Shown here: piece after piece, positions 45,309 through 58,829 of the stretch | How positions within the stretch are numbered: the stretch's first letter is position 1 | How the letters are laid out: each line of letters begins with the position of its first letter | Assembly (NCBI GenBank): GCA_963699225.1 | Contig: OY969423.1 | Coordinates: 2,032,740-2,096,739, forward strand | Reading direction: 5' to 3' | DNA length: 64,000 nt | Source of the DNA: an uncultured Solirubrobacterales bacterium | GTDB taxonomy: Bacteria > Actinomycetota > Thermoleophilia > Solirubrobacterales > 70-9 | Notes under the pieces: generated by a model | Told to the model about the DNA's origin: nothing | Database searches by the model: none | Seen by the model: the letters and a program-made list of their open reading frames with translations, nothing else | Program-made: the position numbers and the translations under genes

Positions 45309-46583
45309 CTAGCTGGCGACGCGGTCCACCGCTCGCGCGGCGATGTCGGATCGCATTTGCATTCCCGCGAACTCGATCCGGCCCGCGGCATCGTACGCAC
45401 GATCGCGGGCCTCGGCCGGCGTCGCTCCCAATGCCGTCAGGTTGAGTACCCGGCCGCCGGCGGTGACTATCTCGCCGTCGCGCGCGGCGGTGCCGGCGTG
45501 GGTGACCTCGGCCCGCTCGGCCGCCGCCTCGAGGCCGCTGATCAAGTCGCCCTTCGAGGAGCTCTCGGGGTAGCCGGCCGAGGCGAGGACCAGGGTCACC
45601 GCCCACTCGGGGGCAAACTCGGCCTCGGCTCCGGCTAGGCCGCCCGGCTCGCGCGCGGCGAGGCAGAGGTCGACCAGGTCGGAGCGCAGCCGCGGCAGCA
45701 CCGCCTGCGTCTCGGGATCGCCGAAGCGGGTGTTGAACTCGAGCACCTTGGGGCCGTCGGCGCCGATCATCAGGCCTGCGTAGAGGACGCCGTGGAAGGG
45801 CCTCCCGCGCCGCGCCATCGCCGCCACGATCGGCCGGTGCACCGCATCGACGATCTCCTCGACCTCGGCCGGGCCGAAGCCGGGCACGGGGGAGTAGCTG
45901 CCCATGCCGCCGGTGTTGGGGCCCTCATCACCGTCGAAGATCCGCTTGTAGTCCTGGGCCGGCGCCAGCGCCACCACGTTCTCGCCATCGCAGAGGGCCA
46001 GTAGCGAGAGCTCCTCACCCTCGAGGAACTCCTCCAGCACCACGGTCGTCTCGCCAAAGCGCTGCTCGGTGAAGAAGACGTCGACAGCGGCCCGCGCCTC
46101 GTCCTCGGAGCCGCAGATGATCACTCCCTTTCCCGCAGCCAGGCCGTCGGCCTTGAGCACCGCTGGGTAAGTGGCAACAGCAATCTCGGCAAGTGCCTCC
46201 TCGTGGCTGTGCAGCAACACGTGCGCCGCGGTCGGTACCCCGGCCTCCCGCATCAGCTCCTTGGCAAACGCCTTCGAGCCCTCCAGCTCCGCCGCCGCCG
46301 CACTCGGCCCAAAGGCCGGCACGCCAGCGTCCTCAAGCGCGTCGACGACCCCGGCGACCAGCGCCGCCTCGGGCCCAACCACGACCAAGTCAACACCGCG
46401 CTCTCGGGCGACGGCGACGATCGCCCCAACGTCATCGGCCGCGATCTCGGGCAGGCACTCGGCATCGGCAGCGATGCCAGCATTCCCGGGCACACAGAGC
46501 AACTCAGGCGCATGAGCCGAGCGAGCCAGCGCCCGCACAATCGCGTGCTCCCGCCCACCCCCACCGACTACGAGGATCTTCAA
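45309..46583 (-). CDS. purD: phosphoribosylamine-glycine ligase
   Basis: MKILVVGGGGREHAI...LKADGLAAGKGV...EFNTRFGDPE are PurD ATP-grasp motifs. 424 aa. Confidence 0.95.
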   Translation of the reverse strand: MKILVVGGGGREHAIVRALARSAHAPELLCVPGNAGIAADAECLPEIAADDVGAIVAVARERGVDLVVVGPEAALVAGVVDALEDAGVPAFGPSAAAAELEGSKAFAKELMREAGVPTAAHVLLHSHEEALAEIAVATYPAVLKADGLAAGKGVIICGSEDEARAAVDVFFTEQRFGETTVVLEEFLEGEELSLLALCDGENVVALAPAQDYKRIFDGDEGPNTGGMGSYSPVPGFGPAEVEEIVDAVHRPIVAAMARRGRPFHGVLYAGLMIGADGPKVLEFNTRFGDPETQAVLPRLRSDLVDLCLAAREPGGLAGAEAEFAPEWAVTLVLASAGYPESSSKGDLISGLEAAAERAEVTHAGTAARDGEIVTAGGRVLNLTALGATPAEARDRAYDAAGRIEFAGMQMRSDIAARAVDRVAS

Positions 46584-46596
46584 GCGCTTGCCCTAC

Positions 46597-46878
46597 CTAG
46601 AGCGAGCCGGTCAGATCGTCGGTCGACATCGCCGCCAGCGTCTGGCTCGTCATCGTCCCTCGCGACCCCAGCTCAACCGAGACCTTCGCCATCACCTTCT
46701 CGTCAGGAGCCTCGACAATCGTGACGAAGTCGTACTGCCCCAACGTCGCGTACTGGGCCACCACCTTCGCCCCAATCTGCTCAACCTCTTTGTTGACCTC
46801 GGCAACCCGACCTGGGTTGTTCTTCAGGGTCCTAACTCCCTCGGCAGTGAGGTTCGTAAGCATCACAAAGGTAGGCAT
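46597..46878 (-). CDS. GYD domain-containing protein
   Basis: MPTFVMLTNLTAEG...ATLGQYDFVTIVEAPDE is typical of the GYD family. 93 aa. Confidence 0.8.
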   Translation of the reverse strand: MPTFVMLTNLTAEGVRTLKNNPGRVAEVNKEVEQIGAKVVAQYATLGQYDFVTIVEAPDEKVMAKVSVELGSRGTMTSQTLAAMSTDDLTGSL

Positions 46879-46926
46879 CGCACTCTCCTCTCGACGGGGA
46901 CTTGGCCCCTACGTTACCCGGCCCAA

Positions 46927-46992
46927 GGAGCGTCGGGGGTCCCTCCCCAGGAACTCCCGCGAAGCGGCCTGGGGAGGGACCCCCGACGCTCC
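46927..46992. repeat. perfect 23-bp inverted repeat with a 20-nt loop
   Basis: GGAGCGTCGGGGGTCCCTCCCCA (46927-46949) and TGGGGAGGGACCCCCGACGCTCC (46970-46992), between the hydrolase stop and the GYD start. Confidence 0.7.
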
Positions 46993-47011
46993 GTGAGTGG
47001 CAACCGAAGGC

Positions 47012-48616
47012 TCAGTACCCAGCCGGGTGGCGGACGACGAAGCCTTCGGGGTAAGGGGGCTCAGGATGCCAACGTGGGCCAGTGCCCTGAGCATCTCCGA
47101 CGGTGTCCCAGCGGAGGCCGGCAATCTCGGCGTAAGCGTGAGTGGCGCTGGCGTAGATGGTGATCCAGCGGCCGGGGCCGGGTTCGCCGTAGCTCTCGAG
47201 TGAGCCGGAGGTGAGCGGTGTGTCGAGCAGACCGGCGCCGTAGAGGGCAAAGCTGACCGCGCCCGAGCAGTCGTATCCGGAGGCGTACCAGCTGCCGTGC
47301 CCGCCGCCCCAGATGTAGGGGGTGGTGGCGATCGAGTTGGCGGCGGAGATCGCCGCCTTGACCGCCGCCGGCGCGTCTTCGGGGGCGCTGGCGAAGCCGT
47401 TGTCGAGCACCGCGCTCGGGCCCGGAGTTTCGAAGCCCGAGGCGAGCGGGGCGACGCGCCAGTCGACGTAGCTGGTCTTGCAGTGGCCTTCGAGGGCTTC
47501 GGCGTCGGCGAGCACCGCCTGCACGTACCAAGCGGCCTGATTGTGGGCGAAGATCCCGGCGCGGAGGCTGCCTTTCGACCAGATCAACCGTGCCAATGTC
47601 GCCGCCGAGTCGGCCGGATCAGCACGGTGGATGTGGCCGTCTTCGTCGCCGTCGACCGCGTACTTGTTCCACTCACTCGGTTCGAGTCCGAGCGGCCCGC
47701 GTTCGCGCATCTGCTTGGCGCCCATGCTGCGGCCGAAGTTCGACTCGAGCCTGGCGACCGCGGCCAGTGCCCACACCCCGCGTTGCCCCAGTTCGTAGCG
47801 AGCCGCCGCGTCCTCGAAGGCGGCGAGGTAGTCGGCGGGGATCCGATCCTGCCAGGCCGGAGCCGGTTGGCAGGCAAGCACTGGCATTTGCGGAGTGAGA
47901 GCGAAGCCGCCGCCGGTGCCGCCGCCGAGCGAGCCGTAACAACTGGCGTTGGCCAGCACCTCGGCCACGTACCAGTCGGCGTGGTTGTAGGAGAAGATCG
48001 CGTTGTACGTGTCGGTCGGCATGCCCGAGGCGTTGAGGTAGCTCGCCGCGGCGAAGATCGCGTCTTCGGGGTCGTAGGGATCGCGCACGCCGTCGCCATT
48101 GGCGTCGACTCCCCAGGTTTCCCAGGTCGAGGGCAGGAACTGCATCCAGCCAATCGCGCCGGCAGACGACGGCCCCATGTTGGTGCCGAAGGCGCTCTCG
48201 ATACCGTTGATCGAGGCGAGGATCGCGGCGCCCTGGGGGCCGAGCCCGTAGGCGTTGGCGGCGCGCTGGTAGATCGGGATCAGCACCGGCGGCACTCCCG
48301 AGCTGGCGCAGCTGGAGCTGGGGATCGACGGAACTTCGAAGACTTCTGAGGGAGTCGGGGTGGGAACCGCGCCGGCGTCGGGTCCGTTTTCCGTCGCCGG
48401 TTCAGCTGCTTCCGTTTTTTCTTCGGCCGGCGCTTCCACTGCGGTGCCGCCGCTTGGCTGCGGTGCCGGCGTTGCCGCAGGCGGGGCAAGTGTTTCGTTC
48501 TGTTCGAGCGCTGGCGCGATCGTCGCTGCCGGTTCGGGTGCGGCGGCACTCGCCTGGGTGGCGCTCAGCGCCGCGCCGACCGCCGCGACGGCGAGGGTAT
48601 TGCGCAGGCGGCCCAT
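47012..48616 (-). CDS. secreted cell-wall hydrolase: two lytic-transglycosylase-like domains plus a C-terminal NlpC/P60 domain
   Basis: Signal peptide AVAAVGAALSATQASAAAP. GAIGWMQFLPSTWETWGVDANGDGVRDPYDPEDAIFAAASYL is a transglycosylase motif. YIWGGGHGSWYASGYDCSGAVSFALY has the NlpC/P60 catalytic Cys context. Confidence 0.8.
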   Translation of the reverse strand: MGRLRNTLAVAAVGAALSATQASAAAPEPAATIAPALEQNETLAPPAATPAPQPSGGTAVEAPAEEKTEAAEPATENGPDAGAVPTPTPSEVFEVPSIPSSSCASSGVPPVLIPIYQRAANAYGLGPQGAAILASINGIESAFGTNMGPSSAGAIGWMQFLPSTWETWGVDANGDGVRDPYDPEDAIFAAASYLNASGMPTDTYNAIFSYNHADWYVAEVLANASCYGSLGGGTGGGFALTPQMPVLACQPAPAWQDRIPADYLAAFEDAAARYELGQRGVWALAAVARLESNFGRSMGAKQMRERGPLGLEPSEWNKYAVDGDEDGHIHRADPADSAATLARLIWSKGSLRAGIFAHNQAAWYVQAVLADAEALEGHCKTSYVDWRVAPLASGFETPGPSAVLDNGFASAPEDAPAAVKAAISAANSIATTPYIWGGGHGSWYASGYDCSGAVSFALYGAGLLDTPLTSGSLESYGEPGPGRWITIYASATHAYAEIAGLRWDTVGDAQGTGPRWHPEPPYPEGFVVRHPAGY

Positions 48617-49530
48617 CAGCCGAGCGAGTCCGCGACTTGCCAGACGCCGGTTTTCGGATCACGCTGCATCTCGAGCCGCAGCTCACTGGTGACGCCGACC
48701 CGCAGCAGCGAGACGCTCAGCGTGAAGGTGTCCCCTTTGTGCGGTCCGGCCACGACGTTCAGCACCTTCGCCTTCGGCACCTTGACGCCTGCCGGCTGCC
48801 GCGGCGGCCGCCGCAGGAGCTCATGGGCCAATCGTGGGGTGGCGGTTGCGTTGAAGGTTGTTTCGACCTGCGAGGTCTTGCGGCCTATCTCATAGAGGAC
48901 GAAGGCGCCGGCGAACTGGCCGGCGACCTTGGTCGCCGGCGGTCCGGCGGGCTTGACGGCGGGTGTGCTGGCGGAGTCGCCGGTGCTCGAGCCCGCCGAC
49001 TTCGCCACTTCCGCGGTCGAGCCGCTTTCGCTGGTCGACCCGCGGGTTGCCGCAGTGCTTTCCGCGCTGGCGCCTGAGTTCTTCGAGACGCTGCTCTGCG
49101 GCGCGTCGGCGAAGTCGGGCTTTGCTCCTTGCAGCACCGGCGCTGCTGGCGTTGCCGGTGGGGTGGCCTGCCGCACGATTGGCGCCGCGACCGGCGCGCT
49201 CGCCTCCGGCGCTGGGGACGTTCCACCGCCGCCACTGCCGGAAGCCCAGAGAAGGCCGAGCACCCCGGCGCCAGCCGCCAGTAGGCCCAGGACAGCAACG
49301 CCCAACGCGCGCAGCTGCGGGTCCCAATCTCCGGTGCGCTCCTCCAAGGGCCAGACGAGGCCGCGCTCGATCGCCCAGATCGCTCGCTCAAACGGCCACT
49401 TGACCACGTCGACGATCCCGCGCAGAACGTCGGCGCCGCCCCAGACCACGCGCTCCTCTACCGCGAAAGCGGCGTGGGCAATTGAAGATCGGAGGGGGGC
49501 AGGGGTATCGATACGACGGCGTCCAAGCAT
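48616..49530 (-). CDS. hypothetical membrane-anchored protein, translationally coupled to the hydrolase gene
   Basis: TGATG junction at 48614-48618. One TM helix (ALGVAVLGLLAAGAGVLGLLWA), then a Ser/Ala/Pro-rich linker and a C-terminal domain. Confidence 0.6.
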   Translation of the reverse strand: MLGRRRIDTPAPLRSSIAHAAFAVEERVVWGGADVLRGIVDVVKWPFERAIWAIERGLVWPLEERTGDWDPQLRALGVAVLGLLAAGAGVLGLLWASGSGGGGTSPAPEASAPVAAPIVRQATPPATPAAPVLQGAKPDFADAPQSSVSKNSGASAESTAATRGSTSESGSTAEVAKSAGSSTGDSASTPAVKPAGPPATKVAGQFAGAFVLYEIGRKTSQVETTFNATATPRLAHELLRRPPRQPAGVKVPKAKVLNVVAGPHKGDTFTLSVSLLRVGVTSELRLEMQRDPKTGVWQVADSLG

Positions 49531-49616
49531 GGATTGGTCAGGTTGAGAGCTTATTTCGGATTCTCCAACCTTTCCCTTAACACCAAATAATGGGCTTTAG
49601 TTCCCATCGCTGCCGT

Positions 49617-52185
<2,569 letters not shown>

Positions 52186-52199
<14 letters not shown>

Positions 52200-52491
52200 C
52201 GGCGCCTCCTTCCAGTTCTCTCAGCCTGCGTTCCAGCGCCAGCACCCGCTCCACCCCGGCCAGGTTGAGGCCTTCGGTGGTCAGCTGCTGGATCCGTCGC
52301 AGCCGCTCGACGTCTCGCTGCGAGTACAGCCGGGTGTTCTTCGGCGAGCGCTTGGGCTGGATCAGGCCGCGCGCCTCGTAGATCCGCAGTGTCTGCGGGT
52401 GCATGTGGGCGAGCTCGGCGGCGACCGAGATCATGAAGACGCCCTGGTCGGAGTCGATCGAGACTTCGATCCGTTCGCGCCGGACGCTCAT
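52186..52491 (-). CDS. hspR: MerR-family heat-shock repressor HspR
   Basis: [51 protein letters not shown] is a MerR HTH. The gene sits between dnaJ and clpB. Confidence 0.85.
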
Positions 52492-53618
52492 CGGCGGCCT
52501 GCTCTTGCCAACAGGTCAGCGCGGGGGTCACTTCCGTTGAAGGCCTCGGCCAGCTTCTCGGCTGCCTCCTCCTGCTCCTTTGTCAGCTTCTCCGGCATCT
52601 CGATCTCGAGCCGGTAGCGGATGTCGCCTTTGCCGCGCCCCTTCGGCTTCGGCGCGCCCTCGCCTTTGAGTCGCTGAATCGAGCCGTGCTTGGTGCCCGA
52701 GCCGACCTTGATCTTCTTCGTGCCCTCCAGCGTCGGCACCTCGATCGTCGCCCCGCGCAGCGCCTCGGCGATCGTGATCGGCACTGTCACCTCGAGGTTG
52801 CCGCCGTCGAGCCGCTTGAAGATCGGCGAGGCGGCGACGCGGGTGACGACGAAGAGGTCGCCGGGCGGGCCGCCGCGCTGGCCCGCCTCACCCTTGCCAG
52901 CGAGCCGGATCCGCGCCCCGTCCTTGACCCCGGCGGGGATGTTCACCTTGTAGCGCTTGGTCTGTTTGGTCAGTCCCGAGCCGCCGCAGGTGGGGCAGGG
53001 GTCCTCGATGATCTGACCCTGGCCGCCGCACTGTGGGCAGGGCTGACTGATCGAGAAGAAGCCCTGGCTCTGGGCGTCGATGCCGCGGCCTTCACAACGC
53101 GGGCAGGTGACCGGGCTGGTCCCCGGTTTGGCACCGTTGCCGTGGCAGGTCGGGCAGCGTTCGGCCTTCGGCACCGTGACCGAGACCTGGGCGCCGTTGA
53201 CGGCCTGGTCGAAGCTGAGGCTGAGCTCGGTTTCGAGGTCGCGGCCGCGCACCTGCTGTGGCTGGGCCCGGCCGCCGCCACCGCTGCGGCCGAAGAGGTT
53301 GGAGAAGATGTCGCTGACGTCGAAGCCACCGGCCGCGCCCGGTCCGCTAGGCCCGAAGGGACCGGCGCTACCCGGTCCACCGGCCCCACCGCCGAAGCCG
53401 CCGAACATGCCCCCGCCGGCGTCGTACTCCTTGCGCTTCTCGAGGTCGGAAAGCGTGTCGTAGGCGCCCTGAATCTCCTTGAAGCGCTCCTCCGCCTTGG
53501 GGTCGTCCGGGTTGCGGTCAGGGTGGTACTGGCGCGCCAGCTTGCGGTGCGCTTTCTTGATCTCCTCCTCGGAGGCCCCTTTCGGGACCCCGAGCACCTT
53601 GTAGAGATCCTCAGCCAC
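52488..53618 (-). CDS. dnaJ: molecular chaperone DnaJ
   Basis: J-domain DLYKVLGV...YHPDRNP. G/F region. Four CxxCxGxG zinc-finger repeats. Confidence 0.95.
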   Translation of the reverse strand: MAEDLYKVLGVPKGASEEEIKKAHRKLARQYHPDRNPDDPKAEERFKEIQGAYDTLSDLEKRKEYDAGGGMFGGFGGGAGGPGSAGPFGPSGPGAAGGFDVSDIFSNLFGRSGGGGRAQPQQVRGRDLETELSLSFDQAVNGAQVSVTVPKAERCPTCHGNGAKPGTSPVTCPRCEGRGIDAQSQGFFSISQPCPQCGGQGQIIEDPCPTCGGSGLTKQTKRYKVNIPAGVKDGARIRLAGKGEAGQRGGPPGDLFVVTRVAASPIFKRLDGGNLEVTVPITIAEALRGATIEVPTLEGTKKIKVGSGTKHGSIQRLKGEGAPKPKGRGKGDIRYRLEIEMPEKLTKEQEEAAEKLAEAFNGSDPRADLLARAGRR

Positions 53619-53621
53619 CAG

Positions 53622-54250
53622 CTACTCGCTCACCACCACACGCGCAGGCCGGATCAACTGCTCATCGAGCCGGTACCCCTTCTGCATCACCTCGACGACC
53701 GTCCCCGACTCGACCCCAACCGAGGCCACGGTCGAGAGCGCTTCGTGCAGCGTTGGATCGAACTTCTCCCCCTCCGGATCCAAGGTCTCGACCCCGTTCC
53801 GCGTCAGCGTCTCCCGCAGCCTGCGGAAGACCAGCAGAACCCCATGAGAGAGCCCATCCTCGGAATCCCCCTCCGGATCAAGACCCGCAGCCTGAATCGC
53901 CCGCTCGAGATCATCGAGAACCACCACAACCTCCCGAATCACCTCAGCCTTCCCGCGCCCCGACGCCGCCTGAACCTCCGCCGTCATCCGCTTGCGAAAG
54001 TTCTCGAAGTCAGCCTTGGTCCGCTTAGCGAGGTCGAGATACTCGTCCCGCTCCCGCTGGGCGTCCGCCAGCAGCGCGTCGAGATCGGTCTCAACGGCGT
54101 CCGCCTGTGGCGCGTCTCCCGCGGGTGGCGGTGTAGGGGGCACCGCCCCTGAGGACGCTTTAGCGACCGGAGGGGGTGGTGGGTTCCCTGCACCGACAGG
54201 ACCCGCGGGCCGATGCTCCTCAGTCCCGGACTCATGTCCCTGATCTGGCC

Positions 54251-54254
<4 letters not shown>
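53622..54254 (-). CDS. grpE: nucleotide exchange factor GrpE carrying a repeat-derived N-terminal segment
   Basis: [20 protein letters not shown]...[11 protein letters not shown] are GrpE motifs. N-terminal residues ~17-46 are encoded by the family-2 repeat. Confidence 0.92.
54119..54208 (-). repeat. family-2 90-nt imperfect palindromic repeat, translated in frame in the GrpE N-terminus
   Basis: 81/90 nt identical to 18819-18908. Encodes [29 protein letters not shown]. Confidence 0.8.
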
Positions 54255-56158
<1,904 letters not shown>

Positions 56159-56208
56159 TATTAACTACCTCCAACTCTAGTTCGTTCTGCCTAAGAAATC
56201 TAAGCGGC

Positions 56209-56237
56209 AGTATGGCAGATTTCCCACATGATGCCAA
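56209..56237 (-). promoter_or_regulatory. candidate promoter of the dnaK operon
   Basis: On the minus strand: TTGGCA (56237-56232), a 17-nt spacer, then CATACT (56214-56209), about 50 nt upstream of the dnaK start. Confidence 0.4.
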
Positions 56238-56365
56238 GCTTCTGCTTATAGTGGGTTTGCGTTTAGCAATGCCGGGCAGCCACTTGGGGTGGGCGCCTGG
56301 CGGGGAGGCGCCTCGACGACTCGACTCGCCGGCTCGCGGCGGGTCGCCAACGAAGAGGAGCCGAT

Positions 56366-57574
56366 GTGAATCACCTTCATTTGTGGAGCCGACGACCGGC
56401 GACACTGCTCGCGATCGCTGCCGCGCTGATCTTTGCCCTACTGCCGCTGGGCGCTGCGGAAGCGCATCACGGCGGTCGGGACTTCGGCCACCATCGCGGC
56501 AAGTCCCATCACCATCCGCATCACCCCGGCCATCCCGGCAAAGGTCACGGTCACGGTAAGCGCGACCTGACGGTCATGACCCAGAACATGTACCTGGGAT
56601 CAAGCCTCAACCCGGCACTCGAAGCGACGACCCCGGAAGCATTCGTCGAAGCCGTTGCGCGGATCTACGCGACCGTGCAGTACACGAACTTCCCCCAGCG
56701 CGCCGAAGCTATCGCCGACGAGGTCCAGGAATCCGAACCGGACCTGATCGGACTGCAGGAGGTCAGCAAGTGGACGACAGGCGGCCTGAATCCGCCCGCC
56801 GGCTACGACTTCCTCGCCATCCTGGAAAACGATCTCCAAGCCCGCGGGCTGCACTACACGGCGGCGTCGATTGCGCACAACGCGAAAATCGGGCCGGCGC
56901 CGCTCGCCCTGGCCGAACAGGGCTGCGTCCAGCCGGGGCCGACGATCACCTGCTCGGTTGAACTCGAAGATCGCGATGTGATCCTCGTCAACGACGACAC
57001 GCCGGGGCTGAGCTGGAGCAATCCGCAGAGCGGGCGCTACGCCACTCAACAGGCGATTGAATCGCCGGTCGGGCCCCTGTCATTCGATCGCGGCTGGGCC
57101 AGCATCGACGCGAAGCTGAAGCACCAGCCGTTCCGCTTCGTCGACACCCACCTCGAAACCGAGGAATCGCCGCTCGTGCAACAGACGCAGGCAGCTGAAT
57201 TCCTCGCCGGTCCGGGCAAGGGCGGGACGATCGTCGCCACCGGCGATTTCAACTCCGCCTCGGACGGCTCCACAACCACCTCCTACGCGCAGCTAACCGC
57301 GCCCGGCAAGTTCCGCGACAGCTGGAACGAGAAACTGCTCGGGCCCGGCGTCTCGTGCTGCCAGGAGTCGAACACCCCGCCGCTTGCACCGGGGGCGCTG
57401 AACAACCCGGTCTCGACCTTGCGGACCCGGATCGACCTGATCCTCGCTCGCGGTGCCGCTCGCTCTGACGGGGACGACGCTCACCTGATCGGGGACACCC
57501 CGTTCCAGGCGACGCCGCCCTTCTGGCCGTCTGATCACGCCGGCGTCGTCAGCGAACTGAGTCTCGGGGGCTAG
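56366..57574 (+). CDS. secreted endonuclease/exonuclease/phosphatase (EEP) family protein with a His-rich N-terminal tract
   Basis: GTG 56366 follows GAAGAGGAG. Signal peptide. LTVMTQNMYLG...PDLIGLQEV...PSDHAGVVSEL are EEP motifs. The His-rich tract is HHGGRDFGHHRGKSHHHPHHPGHPGKGHGHG (nt 56465-56554). Confidence 0.8.
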   Translation: MNHLHLWSRRPATLLAIAAALIFALLPLGAAEAHHGGRDFGHHRGKSHHHPHHPGHPGKGHGHGKRDLTVMTQNMYLGSSLNPALEATTPEAFVEAVARIYATVQYTNFPQRAEAIADEVQESEPDLIGLQEVSKWTTGGLNPPAGYDFLAILENDLQARGLHYTAASIAHNAKIGPAPLALAEQGCVQPGPTITCSVELEDRDVILVNDDTPGLSWSNPQSGRYATQQAIESPVGPLSFDRGWASIDAKLKHQPFRFVDTHLETEESPLVQQTQAAEFLAGPGKGGTIVATGDFNSASDGSTTTSYAQLTAPGKFRDSWNEKLLGPGVSCCQESNTPPLAPGALNNPVSTLRTRIDLILARGAARSDGDDAHLIGDTPFQATPPFWPSDHAGVVSELSLGG

Positions 57575-57586
57575 GAGCTGACCAGA

Positions 57587-57696
57587 GCCAATCCCGGAAG
57601 GGGTGGAGCGTCTTGCACTTTTTCGGCGCGAGCTAGCGGCGCCAGCCCAACCACGCCTCACCGAAAAAGTTAAGCGAAACCCCTTCCGGGATTGGC
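57587..57696. repeat. 110-nt nested palindrome between convergent genes (likely bidirectional terminator)
   Basis: Outer perfect 18-bp arms GCCAATCCCGGAAGGGGT / ACCCCTTCCGGGATTGGC. Inner 10-bp arms ACTTTTTCGG (57617-57626) / CCGAAAAAGT (57661-57670). Confidence 0.65.
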
Positions 57697-57701
57697 CCGG
57701 C

Positions 57702-58109
57702 TCAACCCTCGCCGGCGGTATGAGCGACGAATTCGGCGACTTCTTTCGCCTGTTGCTCGTTGAGGATGCCGCCCGGCATCCGGCCCGGGGTGGTGGTGCT
57801 GTCGACGCCGTTTTCGACCGCGTTGAGGACGCGGCCTTCCACCTGCCCCACTTCTTTACCTTTTGCCGGGCCGGATGGCGTCAGCAGTTCGTCGAGATCC
57901 GGGGCGTAGTTGCCGTCGGTGCCGGCGGCGTAGAGGGTGTGGCAGGTGCCGCAGTTGGTCTGGAACAGGCTCTGGCCGCTCTTCAGGTCCGCGGGCACGC
58001 TCTGGGCGCCACGGGCAGCGTCGCCGTCATTGCGGAAGGCGAGCCACGGGATCAAGACCGCCAGGACGACGACCACGAGGCCGAAGACGATGAACGTTTT
58101 TTTGCTCAT
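57702..58109 (-). CDS. membrane-anchored c-type cytochrome
   Basis: ATG 58109 gives MSKKTFIVFGLVVVVLAVLIPWLAF (anchor). Heme motif CGTCH. Distal PGRMPGG. 135 aa. Confidence 0.8.
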   Translation of the reverse strand: MSKKTFIVFGLVVVVLAVLIPWLAFRNDGDAARGAQSVPADLKSGQSLFQTNCGTCHTLYAAGTDGNYAPDLDELLTPSGPAKGKEVGQVEGRVLNAVENGVDSTTTPGRMPGGILNEQQAKEVAEFVAHTAGEG

Positions 58110-58771
58110 TTGCGCCCGGCACGGTACCAGGGACACATTCGGCGTAGCTCGCACTCGCCGCAGCGCGGTTTCGGCCGACAGACCTCGCGCCCGTGGCGGA
58201 TCACGTTCATGTGCAGCTCGTACGCGTCCGCGGGATCGACGATGGCCTGCATCTCGTCGTGGGCGCGTTCGAACGAGGCCTTCTCGGGAAAGAAGCCGAG
58301 TCGCCCACCGACCCGGTGCACGTGCACGTCGACCGGGATCTCGGGGATGCCCCAGGAGAACATCAGCACGCAGGCAGCGGTTTTTCGCCCGACCCCCGGC
58401 AGCGAGTCCAGGTAGGCCATCGACTCGGCCGCCGGCGCTGTCTTCGTCCAGTCGAGGCTGGGGTCTTCGCCGAGCTGCTCGAGGATCGCCTGGATTCGCG
58501 GCGCCTTCTGCTTGCCCAAGCCGCCGGGCCGGATCGCCTCCTCGACCTCGTTGACCGGTGCATCGCGCACTTCCTCCCAGAGCGGGAAGCGCTCGCGCAG
58601 GGCGGCGAAGGCGCGGTCGCGGTTGCGGTCGTTGGTGTGCTGGGAGAGCACCGTCTTGATCAACTCGGCGATCGGGTGTCCGTGCGGCTCGTTCACCGGC
58701 TGCCCGTACATCTCGCGCAACCGGTCGCGGATCGCGCGCACGCGGCGCTTCGGCGGTCGCTTCCAATCCAT
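58106..58771 (-). CDS. nth: endonuclease III
   Basis: ATG 58771. HhH-GPD (LDSLPGVGRKTAACVLMF...DVHVHRV) and the 4Fe-4S cluster loop CRPKPRCGECELRRMC. Confidence 0.88.
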   Translation of the reverse strand: MDWKRPPKRRVRAIRDRLREMYGQPVNEPHGHPIAELIKTVLSQHTNDRNRDRAFAALRERFPLWEEVRDAPVNEVEEAIRPGGLGKQKAPRIQAILEQLGEDPSLDWTKTAPAAESMAYLDSLPGVGRKTAACVLMFSWGIPEIPVDVHVHRVGGRLGFFPEKASFERAHDEMQAIVDPADAYELHMNVIRHGREVCRPKPRCGECELRRMCPWYRAGRK

Positions 58772-58829
58772 GGCGCGGACCCTAGTAGGGCTCTCACCAG
58801 GGCCTACCAGCCAGGCATATGGTTCGAGC

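Noticed and set aside
56159-56365. An HspR operator (HAIR, CTTGAGT-N7-ACTCAAG) or CIRCE element upstream of dnaK.
   Set aside because: Neither consensus could be found by eye. Only a promoter-like TTGGCA-17-CATACT and a weak CTGCC...GGCAG inverted repeat are present, so the HspR site is not claimed.
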